Shown here: one piece after another, positions 1 to 11,914 of the stretch
Layout: each line of letters opens with the position of its first letter
How positions within the stretch are numbered: the first letter of the stretch is position 1
NCBI RefSeq assembly: GCF_006345805.1
Contig: NC_043010.1
Coordinates: forward strand, 12,338,001 to 12,402,000
DNA: 64,000 bases
Direction: 5' to 3'
Origin: Octopus sinensis
Taxonomy: Eukaryota
Program-made: the position numbers and the translations under genes
Notes under the pieces: model-generated
What the model was told of the DNA's origin: nothing
Database searches by the model: none
What the model saw: the letters and a program-made list of their open reading frames with translations, nothing else

Positions 1-479
1 CCAAACTTCATTATTTCACTAAAGATGAATGGTATTTTTCAAGAAATTCTTCCTTAAACTCACTTTCTTTCCTAAAAGTTGTCTTAGCTCTCAGGTGGTG
101 GTAGCTGCAGAGATGGTGATGGTGGTGACGTTAGAGGAGGTTCAGATGTATTTCCTGATAAAAATTTATATCTTCCAATAATTTATAAATTTACTTCGAA
201 TAAAGAAATTTTGATTTAATGAATAAAGACTGTAAAATGAGAAAATTAGACCCTGACAAGTTATATCAAAGTAAATTTTCCAGGCACTTATCATTCAATC
301 TAGACAATTTCCAATGGGAGAAGAGGCATCTGATATTGTCACTTATAAAATACAGAAAATTAATGAAAACATGCAGTTGTTGGAATCTTTTCTTTTTTTT
401 CTGCAAAAGTATATATATTTTTTATTTCATTATTTTATCATCATTATCAATGTGATAATCACAATTGTAATAGATATTA

Positions 480-733
480 TTTCCAAAATTATTCCTATTC
501 CCACTATTATTATATTCACACATTATCCTTGCTATTATTTTAATAACAATAATAACAGTAAAAAGAATAACAACAACAACAATAACAACAACAACAATTA
601 TTTATTATTATTATCATTGTTGTTGCTGTTATTATTATTATTATGGTGATGATGAAAATGATGATGTTGATGATGATGATGATCATCATCATCATTATAT
701 CTATCATCATTATTATTATTATTATTATTATTA

Positions 734-766
<33 letters not shown>

Positions 767-1053
767 ATTTTATATAACTATTCCACCACCACCATATGCA
801 CATATGAATTATAACTTGTCTTTGTAATATTCCCTTCATCCAGTGCCCCTTGTGGCAAATAAAAGAAATCATCATGATCATTATTATATATATTGTATAA
901 TAATAATAAAATAATAATAATAATAATAATAATGTATTATTATTATTGCTGTTGCTGCTGTTGTATATACTATTATAATTTTCATTATTATAGGTGCTAT
1001 TAAAATTATTTATCATAAAAATTTTTTTCATCATGTGAACAATTTCATAAATA

Positions 1054-1114
<61 letters not shown>

Positions 1115-2435
1115 TTGCTGCCTTCTCTCACCCCCACCACCATCACCCCCACCACCACACCCTTCTTGAATCTTATTCTAATTCTCTCCAGCACCATTAT
1201 TACAAACATTAGGCATAACCTGCTACCCTCAACCCCTATGCCATTACCTACTCTTACAACCACCCTAACACCACCACCACCACCACCACCACCATCACCA
1301 CCACCACCACCATCACCACCACCACCACAATATACTGAATTATAATCAAGACAGCTATCCTTCCGCCATGTCTGCTCCCACCAACACCTTCAAATTATAT
1401 CAATGTTCACTTTAATACTGTCATCATCATCATTATCATCATTATCATCATCATCATCATTATTAGCAGAGGCAGCAGCAGCAACAGCATTGCCACCAAT
1501 TACACCGACATCAACATCAACATCAGCATCAGTATCACCAATATTACACCATCTCCACTATGTCGCTATGCTATAATCATCCTACATAATAAATAATATA
1601 ACTACATCGTACGTATTAGAATCAGGAGTAATTTAGACAACTGGCATCAACACCATCATAACCACCATCACCACCACCGCCACCACGTACACCAACATAA
1701 CCACCACCACCACCACCACCACAATCATCACCACCACAATCACCACCATCACAACCTGCTACCATCACCACTACCACCACCACCATTGCCACCATCACAA
1801 CTACCACTATCACCATCATCACCACCACTACCATCAGAAGCACATCCATCACCACCACCACCACCACCACCACCACAATCACCACCATCACCACTACCAC
1901 CATCACATTGGCCACCACCATTGCCACCATCACAACTACCACTATCACCATCATCACCACCACTACCATCAGAAGCACATCCACCACCACCACCGCCACC
2001 ACCATCACCATCACAAGCACCACCACCACCACCATCACAAGCACCACCACCACCACCACCATCACCACCACAATCACCACCATCACCACCATCACAACCT
2101 GCTACCATCACAAGCACCAACACCACTACCATCATAAGCACTATCACTATCATTACCATCGCATGTATCACAAACCCTATTTCCCTCATCACCAAGATCA
2201 CTAGATCATGACCATGACTACCATGACCACCACCACCACTACAAGTGCTAACTTCACCCTAGCTACCATTATTACTTCCACAATTTCTGCAGCCCCTCTG
2301 TTGCACTCACCTCTAACTATTGCTATCAATATATTTTTTTACCCACTGGCAATGTCTGCCTGTTATTAAAACTGTCGCAATCATCTCAAAACCATTAACC
2401 CTGTCTTTGCTACCACCACCACCACCACCACCTTG
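480..2435. repeat. Compound trinucleotide low-complexity tract (AAT/ATT, ATC, ACC) with a 135-bp internal tandem duplication
   Basis: Directly visible runs; the block CCATTGCCACCATCACAACTACCACTATC...AGAAGCACATCC occurs at ~1783 and ~1918. Confidence 0.95.
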
Positions 2436-3158
2436 TATATAGTGGTGGCCACGGGGGTTCAGTTATGGTGTGTGTGGGTAGTGGAGATAATAGCGATTTC
2501 TAGTATAGGTTGTAATTGAGAAGCTTGCTTCCCAACCACATGATTTTGGACTCAGTCCCACGACATGGCACCCTGGGTGAGTCTCTTCTGCTATAGACCC
2601 GAGTTAACAAAAGTCTGGTGTGTGGATTTGGTTGAGAGAAATTGAAAAAAAAAAAAAATAGTTGTGTGTGTGTGTATGTGTGTGTATGTGCATGTTTGTG
2701 TTTCCTAATCTTGACAGCATGTGCTTGTTGTAAATGAGTGTCGCTGGCTTACAAACAATGCCATTTATTTCCAATATTCTGTAATAAAAATATAAAATTA
2801 TTTTTTGTTGTGTCTGGGGAGAGTGATATTGTCTTAATGCCTTATTATCTAACACACTCACCGGTTCGATTTCCACTCATCTATTATTTATAATTTTTCT
2901 TCCAAAATTTTCATTGCTTTCAATGGATAAAAGCAACAAAAAGTTTGGAAGAAAAAATATGAATAATAAATGAGCAGAAATTGAACCAGTGAGTGTGTTA
3001 GATAACGAGGCATTAAGACAATATGGTTCTCCCCAGACACAACAAAATTTGCTTCAGCACCTGAATTCACATAAAGAATCTTGCAAACCAGATACAAAAA
3101 CGAAGTAAAATAATTTTTTTTAGGAAATAAGTAACATAACTTATGTTATGTTACTTTT

Positions 3159-3572
3159 GCGCAGGAGTGGCTGTGTGGTAAGTAGCTTTTGCTTACCAAC
3201 CACATGGTTCCGGATTCAGTCCCATTGCGTGGCATCTTGGGCAAGTGTCTTCTGCTATATCCCCAGGCCGACCAATGCCTTGTGAGTGGATTTGGTAGAT
3301 GGAAACTGAAAAAAGCCTGTCGTATATATGTATATATATTTATGTGTATGTGTGTATTTGTGTGTGTGTGTATTTGTGTGTCTGTGTTTGTCTCCCTAGC
3401 ATTGCTTGACAACCGATGCTGGTGTGTTTACGTCGCCATCACTTAGCGGTTCGGCAAAAAGAGACCGATAGAATAAGTACTGGGCTTACAAAGAATAAGT
3501 CCCGGGGTCGAGTTGCTCGACTAAAGGCGGCGCTCCAGCATGGCCGCAGTCAAATGACTGAAACAAGTAAAA
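3159..3572 (+). mobile_element. tRNA-derived CORE-like SINE (family 1), full-length
   Basis: Head GCGCAGGAGTGGCTGTGTGGTAAG..GGTTCCGGATTCAGTCCC (A/B-box-like), CORE-like GCATCTTGGGCAAGTGTCTT, internal (TA)/(TG) linker, 3' half ending GACTGAAACAAGTAAAA; near-identical copies recur across the window. Confidence 0.9.
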
Positions 3573-4084
3573 AAAGCAAAAAAATAAAAAAACAATATCT
3601 TGGAAATTAATTCCAAGATATTCATGTTCTTTATCCAGGTAATTAATAAGTAATTTGGTGTCTTGTGGGAACATCTAACATTCTGGGTATATTGAGGACT
3701 CATATCTCCAAGGCAGGTTAGCCATTGTTCTGCTGTGGCCTGATTGAAACCTTTTGCACATTTGAATTATGTTCTCATTGAAGAATAGAAGCCAAGAAAT
3801 GGTCCTGTGAAGATTACATGCAACCAATACCAAAGAGACAACAGAAAAAGGAGAAAGAAATGCAAATAAATAAACAACATTATCTTTTGCCCCTTTCTCA
3901 TGCAATTGCGGTTGCTGGTACTGACATGGCTGTGTGGTAAAGAAACTTGCCTTGTAATTACGAGGCTTCAGGTTCAGTTCCACTGTATGACACTTTGGAA
4001 TAGTATTTTCTACAACCGAACTGACTAATGCCTTGTGAATGCAATTGCCAGGCAGAAACTCTGTGGAAGCCTGTTTTATATATA

Positions 4085-4262
4085 TCGTTAGCCACAACAC
4101 ACATTTTTTTTCTCTCCTTGTTTTCTGTGTCCATTTCTGTAGAAGAGCGTAGGCTCGAAACGTAAAAGACTTTTACTATTCCTGAGCTATATACTAATAC
4201 ATCTATTTGTTTTGTACACCACCCATCTTCGTCTTTTGTTTTTATCCGTAAACTCTCCCTAT
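4085..4262 (+). mobile_element. ~180-bp Penelope-like (pLTR-type) mini-element carrying a hammerhead-like motif
   Basis: Same two ends as the copy at 12174-12350 (minus); TA-rich flanks; motif at 4133-4168. Confidence 0.7.
4133..4168 (+). ncRNA. Minimal type I hammerhead-like motif, U6 variant
   Basis: ATTT-CTGTAGA-A-GAGC(GTAG)GCTC-GAAA-CGT-A-AAAG: helix II GAGC/GCTC, palindromic helix III ACGT, GUA triplet, helix I TTT/AAA. Confidence 0.55.
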
Positions 4263-4451
4263 ATATATATATAATTATAATTTAGGGTATCTAAGAGATA
4301 CCACCACGCTGGAAATAGCAACCAAAACCTGACTCTAAAACCACATTAAATGTTCATACAGAACCAGGAGAGAAGACAAAAGGACAAAATAAACTAGCAA
4401 AAATTACTGGATAACTCCAGATCCCAGATTTCTGGCTTTGCATAAGAAATA

Positions 4452-4493
<42 letters not shown>

Positions 4494-4564
4494 GGAGTAG
4501 ACACATAAATGTGAAACAAGGCGGAAAAAAAGAGTACTCAAATACCAGTGGTAGAGTAATGTGG

Positions 4565-4664
4565 TTTATTTAAAGCAGCAGAAAATTCTACAAAACCTGT
4601 TACTCTGAGTTTCGCGAAACTCAGAGTAACAGGTTTTGTAGAATTTTCTGCTGCTTTAAATAAA
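4565..4664. repeat. Perfect 100-bp palindrome with no loop
   Basis: Arms TTTATTTAAAGCAGCAG...GAGTTTCG|CGAAACTC...CTGCTGCTTTAAATAAA; centre at 4614/4615. Confidence 0.95.
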
Positions 4665-4844
4665 GTATATCTATATATATATATATATACAAGTACATAT
4701 ACATGTGTGTGTATATATATACGTTAGTACATAGTTTACAGATGTGATTGAGGTATTCTCAGTATAGAAGAAAACTTAGTAGTGCTCAAAAGACTCATCA
4801 TTCCACAAGGTAAAGAAAAGTTATAAGAGGGATCAGGCTGAGCA

Positions 4845-4997
4845 TGTATAGAGGCAATTAAAGGGATGAGCAAATTAGGTGCATCAAATATATTAAATGC
4901 ATTAAGTACATCAAATACATAACGTATTTGATGTACTTAATATGTTTAATATATTTGATGTACCTAATTTGCTCATCCCCATAATTGCTTCTATATA
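4845..4997. mobile_element. Fold-back (hairpin) element, ~75-bp arms and 5-nt loop
   Basis: GGGATGAGCAAATTAGGTGCATCAAATA...TCAAATAC-ATAAC-GTATTTGA...TACCTAATTTGCTCATCCC; a few mismatches, arms fade outward. Confidence 0.8.
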
Positions 4998-5099
4998 TAA
5001 GTACATATATATGTATGTGTGTGTGTATATGTTTGTATGTATGTATGTGTGTATGTATGTATGCATGTATGTATGTATGTTTGTGTATATATATACACA

Positions 5100-5370
5100 C
5101 ACACATGTATGTGTGTATATGTGTGTGTATTTATGTGTGTATATATATATATATGTGTGTGTGTGTCTTTGTGTTTGTCTTCCACCACCACTTGACAACT
5201 CGTGTGGTTTTATTTATGTACCCCATAACTTAACAGTTCAGCAAAAGAGACTGGCCAAATAAGTACCAAATTTAGAAAAAAGTAATGGGATGGATTTGAT
5301 TGAGTAAACACTTCAATGTGGTGCTCCAGCAAGGCTGCTGTCCAATGACTGGAACAAATGAAAGACAAAA
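5100..5370 (+). mobile_element. SINE family 1, 3' half (diverged)
   Basis: GTGTTTGTCTTCCACCACCACTTGACAAC...GCTCCAGCAAGGCTGCTGTCCAATGACTGGAACAA. Confidence 0.75.
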
Positions 5371-5565
5371 GATATATTTGTTGGTGGTTTTCTGTTTGCT
5401 TTTTTTTTATATTTTACTTTATTCTTTACATATATATTTATTCACATACAAAGCATAGGCACTAAAATTCATTCTGAAATATCATTGCCACCATAGGATT
5501 GTAGATGAATTCTTAGTTATGATTGTAGGATTGTAGCAGACCAATCACATCAATTAATTTCATGC

Positions 5566-5788
5566 TAACCCTTTCGTTACTAACCCGGCTGAAACCGCCT
5601 CTGGCTCTGTAGTACAAATGTCTTGTTTTCATAAGTTTTGAATTAAAATCTGTCACCAAACCTTAGTTACAATTAATGTTCCTAACACTAACTTAACGAT
5701 AACTAAGTTATTTTACTAAATTCTTTGTTATATTTAAAATAATTGAGAGAAAAACAGAGATCTCAAAATAAATACAGTAATGAAAGGG
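5566..5788. mobile_element. piggyBac-like MITE (family P1)
   Basis: TIR (T)AACCCTTTCGTTAC ... GTAATGAAAGGG; closely matches the copy at 23803-24031. Confidence 0.75.
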
Positions 5789-5794
5789 AAACAG

Positions 5795-5950
5795 GCACAG
5801 GCATAGTTGTGTGGTAAGAAGTTTGATTCCTAGTCAAATGGTTCTGAGTTCAGTCCCACAGCATGGCATCTTGGGCCAGTATCTCTTAGTATAACCTCAG
5901 GCCACTCAAAGCCTTGTGAGTGAATTTGGTAAACGAAAAACAAAAGAAGA
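5795..5950 (+). mobile_element. SINE family 1, 5' half (diverged)
   Basis: GGCATAGTTGTGTGGTAAG...GGCATCTTGGGCCAG...GCCTTGTGAGTGAATTTGGTAAACG. Confidence 0.7.
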
Positions 5951-6134
5951 TAGTTGTATATATATATAATGTACTGTTCCATGATAGAAAATTCAACAAA
6001 AAAGTACTCTATCTGGTGAAAGATAAATATTATTTATAAATATGGGTTGTGCCTGAAGAATATGTTTGAGATATTTCTCAACATACATGAAACTATTAGT
6101 AGCACTTAAAGACATGTATTGTGTCCTTTAAATA

Positions 6135-6219
<85 letters not shown>

Positions 6220-6239
6220 TATGTATATATTGAAAGAAA

Positions 6240-6555
6240 TGGTAAGACAACAAAAGAATGAAAGAGACTTCGATATTATGTAAATAGAGGAATTTATCTG
6301 TAAATGTAATATGTGACAATTATTTGGTAGCCATGATAAAACTCCAAGTTGCGGATGTCGGGGCAGAAACCCACGCCGCCATTTCTTCAGTTATCCGGCG
6401 ATCGAAAATATGCTATGAAAATGGTTGTAATTTTCTCCAAAAGTTTCTTAGAGTATAGTTCCCTTCATGGTATAGGTATGTTTTTCATAAAATAATCGAT
6501 GTAGTAGGCTTCCATATTGAATTCTTCTGCGGGGCAGAGTCCTCAACCGATTTTT
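6240..6555 (-). mobile_element. Penelope-like element 3' remnant with a degenerate hammerhead
   Basis: Minus frame reads EEFNMEAYYIDYFMKN (resembles the GIY-YIG C-terminal E..YI motif); downstream GATAA-CTGAAGA...GCAAC-TTGGA-GTT-TTATC at 6335-6395; bounded by (TA)n. Confidence 0.55.
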
Positions 6556-6567
6556 TATATATATATA

Positions 6568-6890
6568 CTTCAGTTTTCTCTTGTGTTTTAAATGTACACT
6601 ATTTTATATATTCAGCAACAATTTAGATTCAAATGAATATGGTACTTAATTTAGATGCACCAGAATTTTGTATGCTGTTATCCATAAAAATTTGTGGGGT
6701 GATTATAATCAAAATAAGCAACAAGAATTACTCCGGTAATTTGGTACAATTGTTTCACACTACATCATTTTATTAAAAGTTCTAAATATTACAGCAGATT
6801 TAAGATGCTGAGTGCTCATCAGCCAAATATATAGGTTTTATATTTTATATATATAAAATAGTGTACATTTAAAATAAGAGAAAACTGAAG
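6568..6890. mobile_element. MITE with ~45-bp TIRs flanked by TA
   Basis: TA-CTTCAGTTTTCTCTTGTGTTTTAAATGTACACTATTTTATATA ... TATATAAAATAGTGTACATTTAAAATAAGAGAAAACTGAAG-TA. Confidence 0.75.
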
Positions 6891-6894
6891 TATA

Positions 6895-7070
6895 TCATCA
6901 TCATCATCATCGTTTAACGTCCGTTTTCCGCGCTAGCACGGGTTGGACGGTTCGACCGGGGTCTGGGGAGCCAGAAGGCTGCTCCAGGCTCCAGTCTGAT
7001 CTGGGAGTGTTTCTACAGCTGGATGCCCTTCCTAACGCCAACCACTCCGCGAGTGTAGTGGGTGCTTTTT
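6895..7070 (-). mobile_element. RTE-clade LINE 3' end (5'-truncated) with (GAT)n tail
   Basis: Reverse complement reads TGGTTGGCGTTAGGAAGGGCATCCAGCTGTAGAA...GGACGTTAAACGATGATGAT; the same tail follows the RTE ORF end at 33810-33870. Confidence 0.8.
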
Positions 7071-7299
7071 ACACACACACATACATACATACACACATAT
7101 ACACACATATATATACATACATATATATATATATATAAATTTATTATTCTCAAACAGGAATAACATTGACAGTGACTTTAAAGTTTCGACCAGCTAAGCC
7201 ATCATCAGACTTTTGTGAGTGCGTATGCATATACATATGTGTGTGTGTATGTGTGTGTGCATATGTGTGTGTGTGCATGTATGTGTGTGCACGTGTGTG

Positions 7300-7515
7300 T
7301 GTGCATGTGTGTCTGTGAGTATTTTTCTGCCTGTGTTTGTCTCTCGCCATCACTTGACAATCAGTGTAGTTTAGTGATTCAGCAAGACATACCAACAGAA
7401 TAAATATCAGGCTTAAAAAAATTAAGTACTGAGGTCAATTCACTTGACTAAAGTCCTTCAAGACAGCACTCCAGCATGGCCACAGCCCAACGACTGAAAG
7501 ACGCTGAAAATAAAA
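7300..7515 (+). mobile_element. SINE family 1, 3' half (diverged)
   Basis: CCATCACTTGACAATCAG...CACTCCAGCATGGCCACAGCCCAACGACTGAAA. Confidence 0.7.
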
Positions 7516-8065
7516 GGATGACTAAATTTATGGTGAGTGAACTTACGGTGGTCATTTACGACCAAGCAAAACAACATCTGATTCCATCTCGGTTATGAGA
7601 TCTGGAGAGGGAAGAGAATCTTTAAGAACGGTGATAAATATGGCAATTTCCAGAGAACAAGGACAATGTAAAAATGCGTTCTTGGACATTAGATTGTGGT
7701 TGATGATGTGCTGGTAAAAAAAATAGATGGTGGGAGAGCAAAGGCCAGAGAAATTGGGAATGTGAGACATAATAATGAAAAAAAAAGCAACAAAGAAAAA
7801 AAGGTAGGACAAAAAAAATAAAAATAAATGGTATGAAAGGGAGTATGAAAGCATGAAAAAGATAAATTGAGTGAGAGAGATAAGTTGATAGAGGAGATGT
7901 GAAGGCAATATTGGGTAAGTGCAGGGTGGGTGGGTAAGAGGCAAAACAAATCAGAAAAAAAAAGAAAGAAAAAGGGACTGAAAGCAAAGAAAGGAATCAA
8001 TATAGAAGTATCTGTACATACATACATATATATATATACATACATATATACATACATACACACAT

Positions 8066-8097
<32 letters not shown>

Positions 8098-8132
8098 GTA
8101 TATAAGTATATTAGTATACATATATATGTGTG

Positions 8133-8174
<42 letters not shown>

Positions 8175-8254
8175 CATGTATGTATGCAAGTATGTGTTTA
8201 TGTACATCTCTATATAAATATATATATATACAAGTATATATATATATACATATG

Positions 8255-8301
<47 letters not shown>

Positions 8302-8919
8302 GTATATGTACATGTGTATTTATATATTTCGAGAGAGAGAGAACGGAATAAAGAGCTCAAAAGATAAAGTTATAGAGTGAAAGAGGGAAGAATGAGAGAA
8401 GTGAGAGAAAAAGGGACACAGCAAAAAGAAAAAGAAAAACAATTCCTCCACCCCACCCCCAAAAAAAACAAAAAAAAACAGAAAAGAATTTTTGTAACTG
8501 GGGAAAGAGAGAGTATGAGATTATAAGATAGATGGGAACAGAATCAGGAAACCAAAAAAAGAAAAAAAAAATACAGGGAGACACAAGAAAAGAGAAAAAA
8601 AAAGGGAAAAATTTCCTGGCTTCATTTTTTTGTTTTTTTATTTTTTACAGATGGACAAGAAGAGAAAGAGAAAGTGAAAGTAAAAGAGAATGAGAGAAAA
8701 ATACGATAGACGGAAGTAAGAAGCAAAAGGAAAAAAATATGGAAAGAAAAGAGAGGGAACAAAAGAGCAAAAGAATGACCAAGAAGGAGAAAGAAAGGAC
8801 AGGAAGTAGAGGGAGATGAGAGAGTCCTGTTGTTCCCTTCCAATTGGACATTGGACAGATTGATTTGATGTTTCCAATTGTGTTGGACTTGGACAGAGAG
8901 TTTCAATCTATATAATGAG

Positions 8920-9840
8920 TAGTAGTGGTGTGTAGGGGCAATAGATGCAAAGATGATGTTGTTGTTGTTGTGGTGGTGGATATAGTAATAGTAATATATA
9001 TGGTGGTGATGATGTTGGGAATGGTAGTGGCTATTGGTGGTTGCAGTGGTGGTTGTAGTGGTGGTTGTGGGGGTGATGTAGGTGGTGGTGGTAGTAATGG
9101 TTATGGTGATGATAGTATTGGGAATGGTAGTGGCTATTGGTGGTTGTAGTGATGGCAGTGCTGGTGGTGATGGTGGTGGTGGTGATGTTGCTGGAAATGG
9201 TTGTGATAATGATGGTGGTAGTGGTGGTGGTGGTGATGATGATAATATTGGTGATGATGATGGTAACGATGGTAGAGGTGGTGGTGATGATGAAGATGAT
9301 GATGATGATGGTAACGGTAGCAGTAGCTGGTGGTAGCAGTGGTAGTGGCAGTGGTAGAGGGGATGATGATGATGATGGTAATAGTGGTAGTGGTGGTGGT
9401 GGTGGTGTGGTGGTGGTGGTGGTGGTGATGATGACAATGGTGGTGTTCATAGGTACAGTGGAGGTGGTAGTAGTGCAAGATGAAGATAGCAGTGGTGTAA
9501 ATTGAGATTGTGATGCTGGACTACTTAAAATGCAAATTGTTGCAGTACCAGTGGTAGTGCTCCTATAACTGGTGGTGGTGGTGGTGGTGGTGGTGGTGGT
9601 GGTGGTGATGATGACAATGGTGGTGTTCATAGGTACAGTGGAGGTGGTAGTAGTGCAAGATGAAGATAGCAGTGGTGTAAATTGAGATTGTGATGCTGGA
9701 CTACTTAAAATGCAAATTGTTGCAGTACCAGTGGTAGTGCTCCTATAACTGGTGGTGGTGGTGGTGGTGGAGAAGATGAAGTGGTGGCTTCAGCAAGAGT
9801 ATTTCTAGTAATGGTGTAACTGAAGATTGTGGTCAAGATA

Positions 9841-9885
<45 letters not shown>

Positions 9886-10418
9886 GTGATGAGGATGATG
9901 ATAAGGAGGAAGGTGATGACACCTATAATGAGGGTAATTGCAACGCAATCTACAACAACAATAACGATGAAACTTAAGGTAGCTGTGGCAGTGGTTGGTG
10001 AGGATGGTGGTGGTGGTAGTGGTTGTAGTGGTGATAGTTGTGAGTGTGGTGTTAATAATAATTTCAAGAATAAAAATGATGATGATGATGATGATAATCA
10101 CAATAACAATGATGACAACAATGATGATGATGATGATGATGATGATGACAGAGGATGATAACGAGGATGGTGATGATGATGCTGATGGGGATGATGATAA
10201 AGATAGTGGTGGTGATGATGATGATGATGGTGGTGGTTGTAGTAGTGATGATGTGGTGGTGGTGGTGGTAGTAGTGATGATGATGGTGGTAGCGGTTTTA
10301 GTGATCATGATGATGATGATGATGATGATGGTGGTGATGATGACGATGATGACAGAGTAGTTGTTGTTGTTGTTGTTGCTGGTGGTGGTAGTGGTGCTGG
10401 TGCTTGTGTTGGTGGTGG

Positions 10419-10454
<36 letters not shown>

Positions 10455-11116
10455 CAGAGTAGTAGTTGTTGTTGTTGTTGCTGGTGGTGGTAGTGGTGCT
10501 GGTGCTTGTGTTGGTGATGGTGGTGATGATGATGATGATAATGATGATGATGATGACAATGGCGGCAACGAGGAGGAAGATGATGACGAAGATAATTCTG
10601 ATGTCAATGATGTTGATATTGATGCTGATGTTGATGCTGATGCTGATGCTGATGCTGATGCTGATGTTGACAAGAGAAATAATAAAAAAGAAAAAAACCG
10701 AAAGAGTGCAGAACAACATGCTGTGTTGCTTGCTTTATGGAAGAGAGGAAAAGATGCCTGATTTCTGGATACAGTCTTAACTATTACTATTCAACCGATG
10801 CCATCTCTGTGGGTAGTACCACACAGATATGAGAAGTTCGATCTAAGACATTCGAAACTGACTGAATAGCATTAATTTATTCATGAAATAACAATGAGAA
10901 TGGAAGATCAAATTGTTAATCAAATTATTATTATTATTATCATCTTTATTATCATTATCATTATTATTATCCTTATTATTATTATTATTATTGTTATTAT
11001 TGTTGTTGTTGTTGTTGTTGTTATCATCATCATCATCATCATCATTATTATTATTATTATCATTATTATTATCATTATTATTATTATTATTATCATTATT
11101 ATTATCATTATTATTA

Positions 11117-11150
<34 letters not shown>

Positions 11151-11323
11151 CATTATTATTATTATTATTACTATTACTATTATCATTATTATTATTATTA
11201 TCATTATTATTATCATTATTATTATTATTATTATTATCACTATTATTATTATTATCATTATTATTATTATTATTATTACTATTACTATTATTATTATTAT
11301 TATTATTATTTGTATCATCACCT

Positions 11324-11358
<35 letters not shown>

Positions 11359-11395
11359 TGTATCATCACTTTCATTATTATTATTATTATTATCA

Positions 11396-11456
<61 letters not shown>

Positions 11457-11460
11457 TACT
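8920..11460. repeat. Compound (GGT/GAT/GTT)n then (ATT/ATC)n low-complexity tract, with an exact 180-bp tandem duplication (9421/9601) and a ~110-bp duplication (10330-10550)
   Basis: Directly visible; the sequence lines beginning at 9421 and 9601 are identical. Confidence 0.95.
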
Positions 11461-11914
11461 CTTCTTCATCTTTTTCTCCCTTTTCTACTTTGTCATATTC
11501 TTCTTTTCCTTCTCCCCCACCCACCCCAGGATAGCGTTCATTTTCTATTTTATCATACTATTCAAATCTAAGATTCCATACAGAAAATATCAAATTGGCT
11601 CCAGTGCCTGACGTGTACTTTATTTTATTGACCGCGGAAGGAGGAAAAATGAAGTTGCTCTCTGTCAATATTATAACCATGTCATTTTGAAAAAACAAAA
11701 ATTTATCTATTTATTTATTTATTTATTTATTTATTGCCAGTTCCAGTTTCCATCGAGGAAATAGGATGAGAGTCATCTGAAGGATGAGGTGTTATACTGC
11801 ACAGTGTAGCAGACAAAGGAAACGGTGAGATAAGCTGAATGTTGTCAGTATAATAAGAAAAAGGAACAACCAATCAGTATTTTTGGCAGAAAAATTAAAA
11901 CTTTACAAAACATA

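Noticed and set aside
284-408. Plus-strand exon candidate ALIIQSRQFPMGEEASDIVTYKIQKINENMQLLES
   Set aside because: Weak acceptor, the frame runs into a poly-T tract, only a poor donor, and no recognisable homology.
8820-8910. Unique island reading RLKLSVQVQHNWKHQINLSNVQLEGNNRTL (minus)
   Set aside because: No GT/GC donor at the end of the island; cannot be supported as an exon.
540-11611. Long ORFs rich in P/T/H/I/N/M/V (mucin-, extensin- or collagen-like)
   Set aside because: They are translations of trinucleotide repeats, open in several frames and on both strands, with no splice or domain support.
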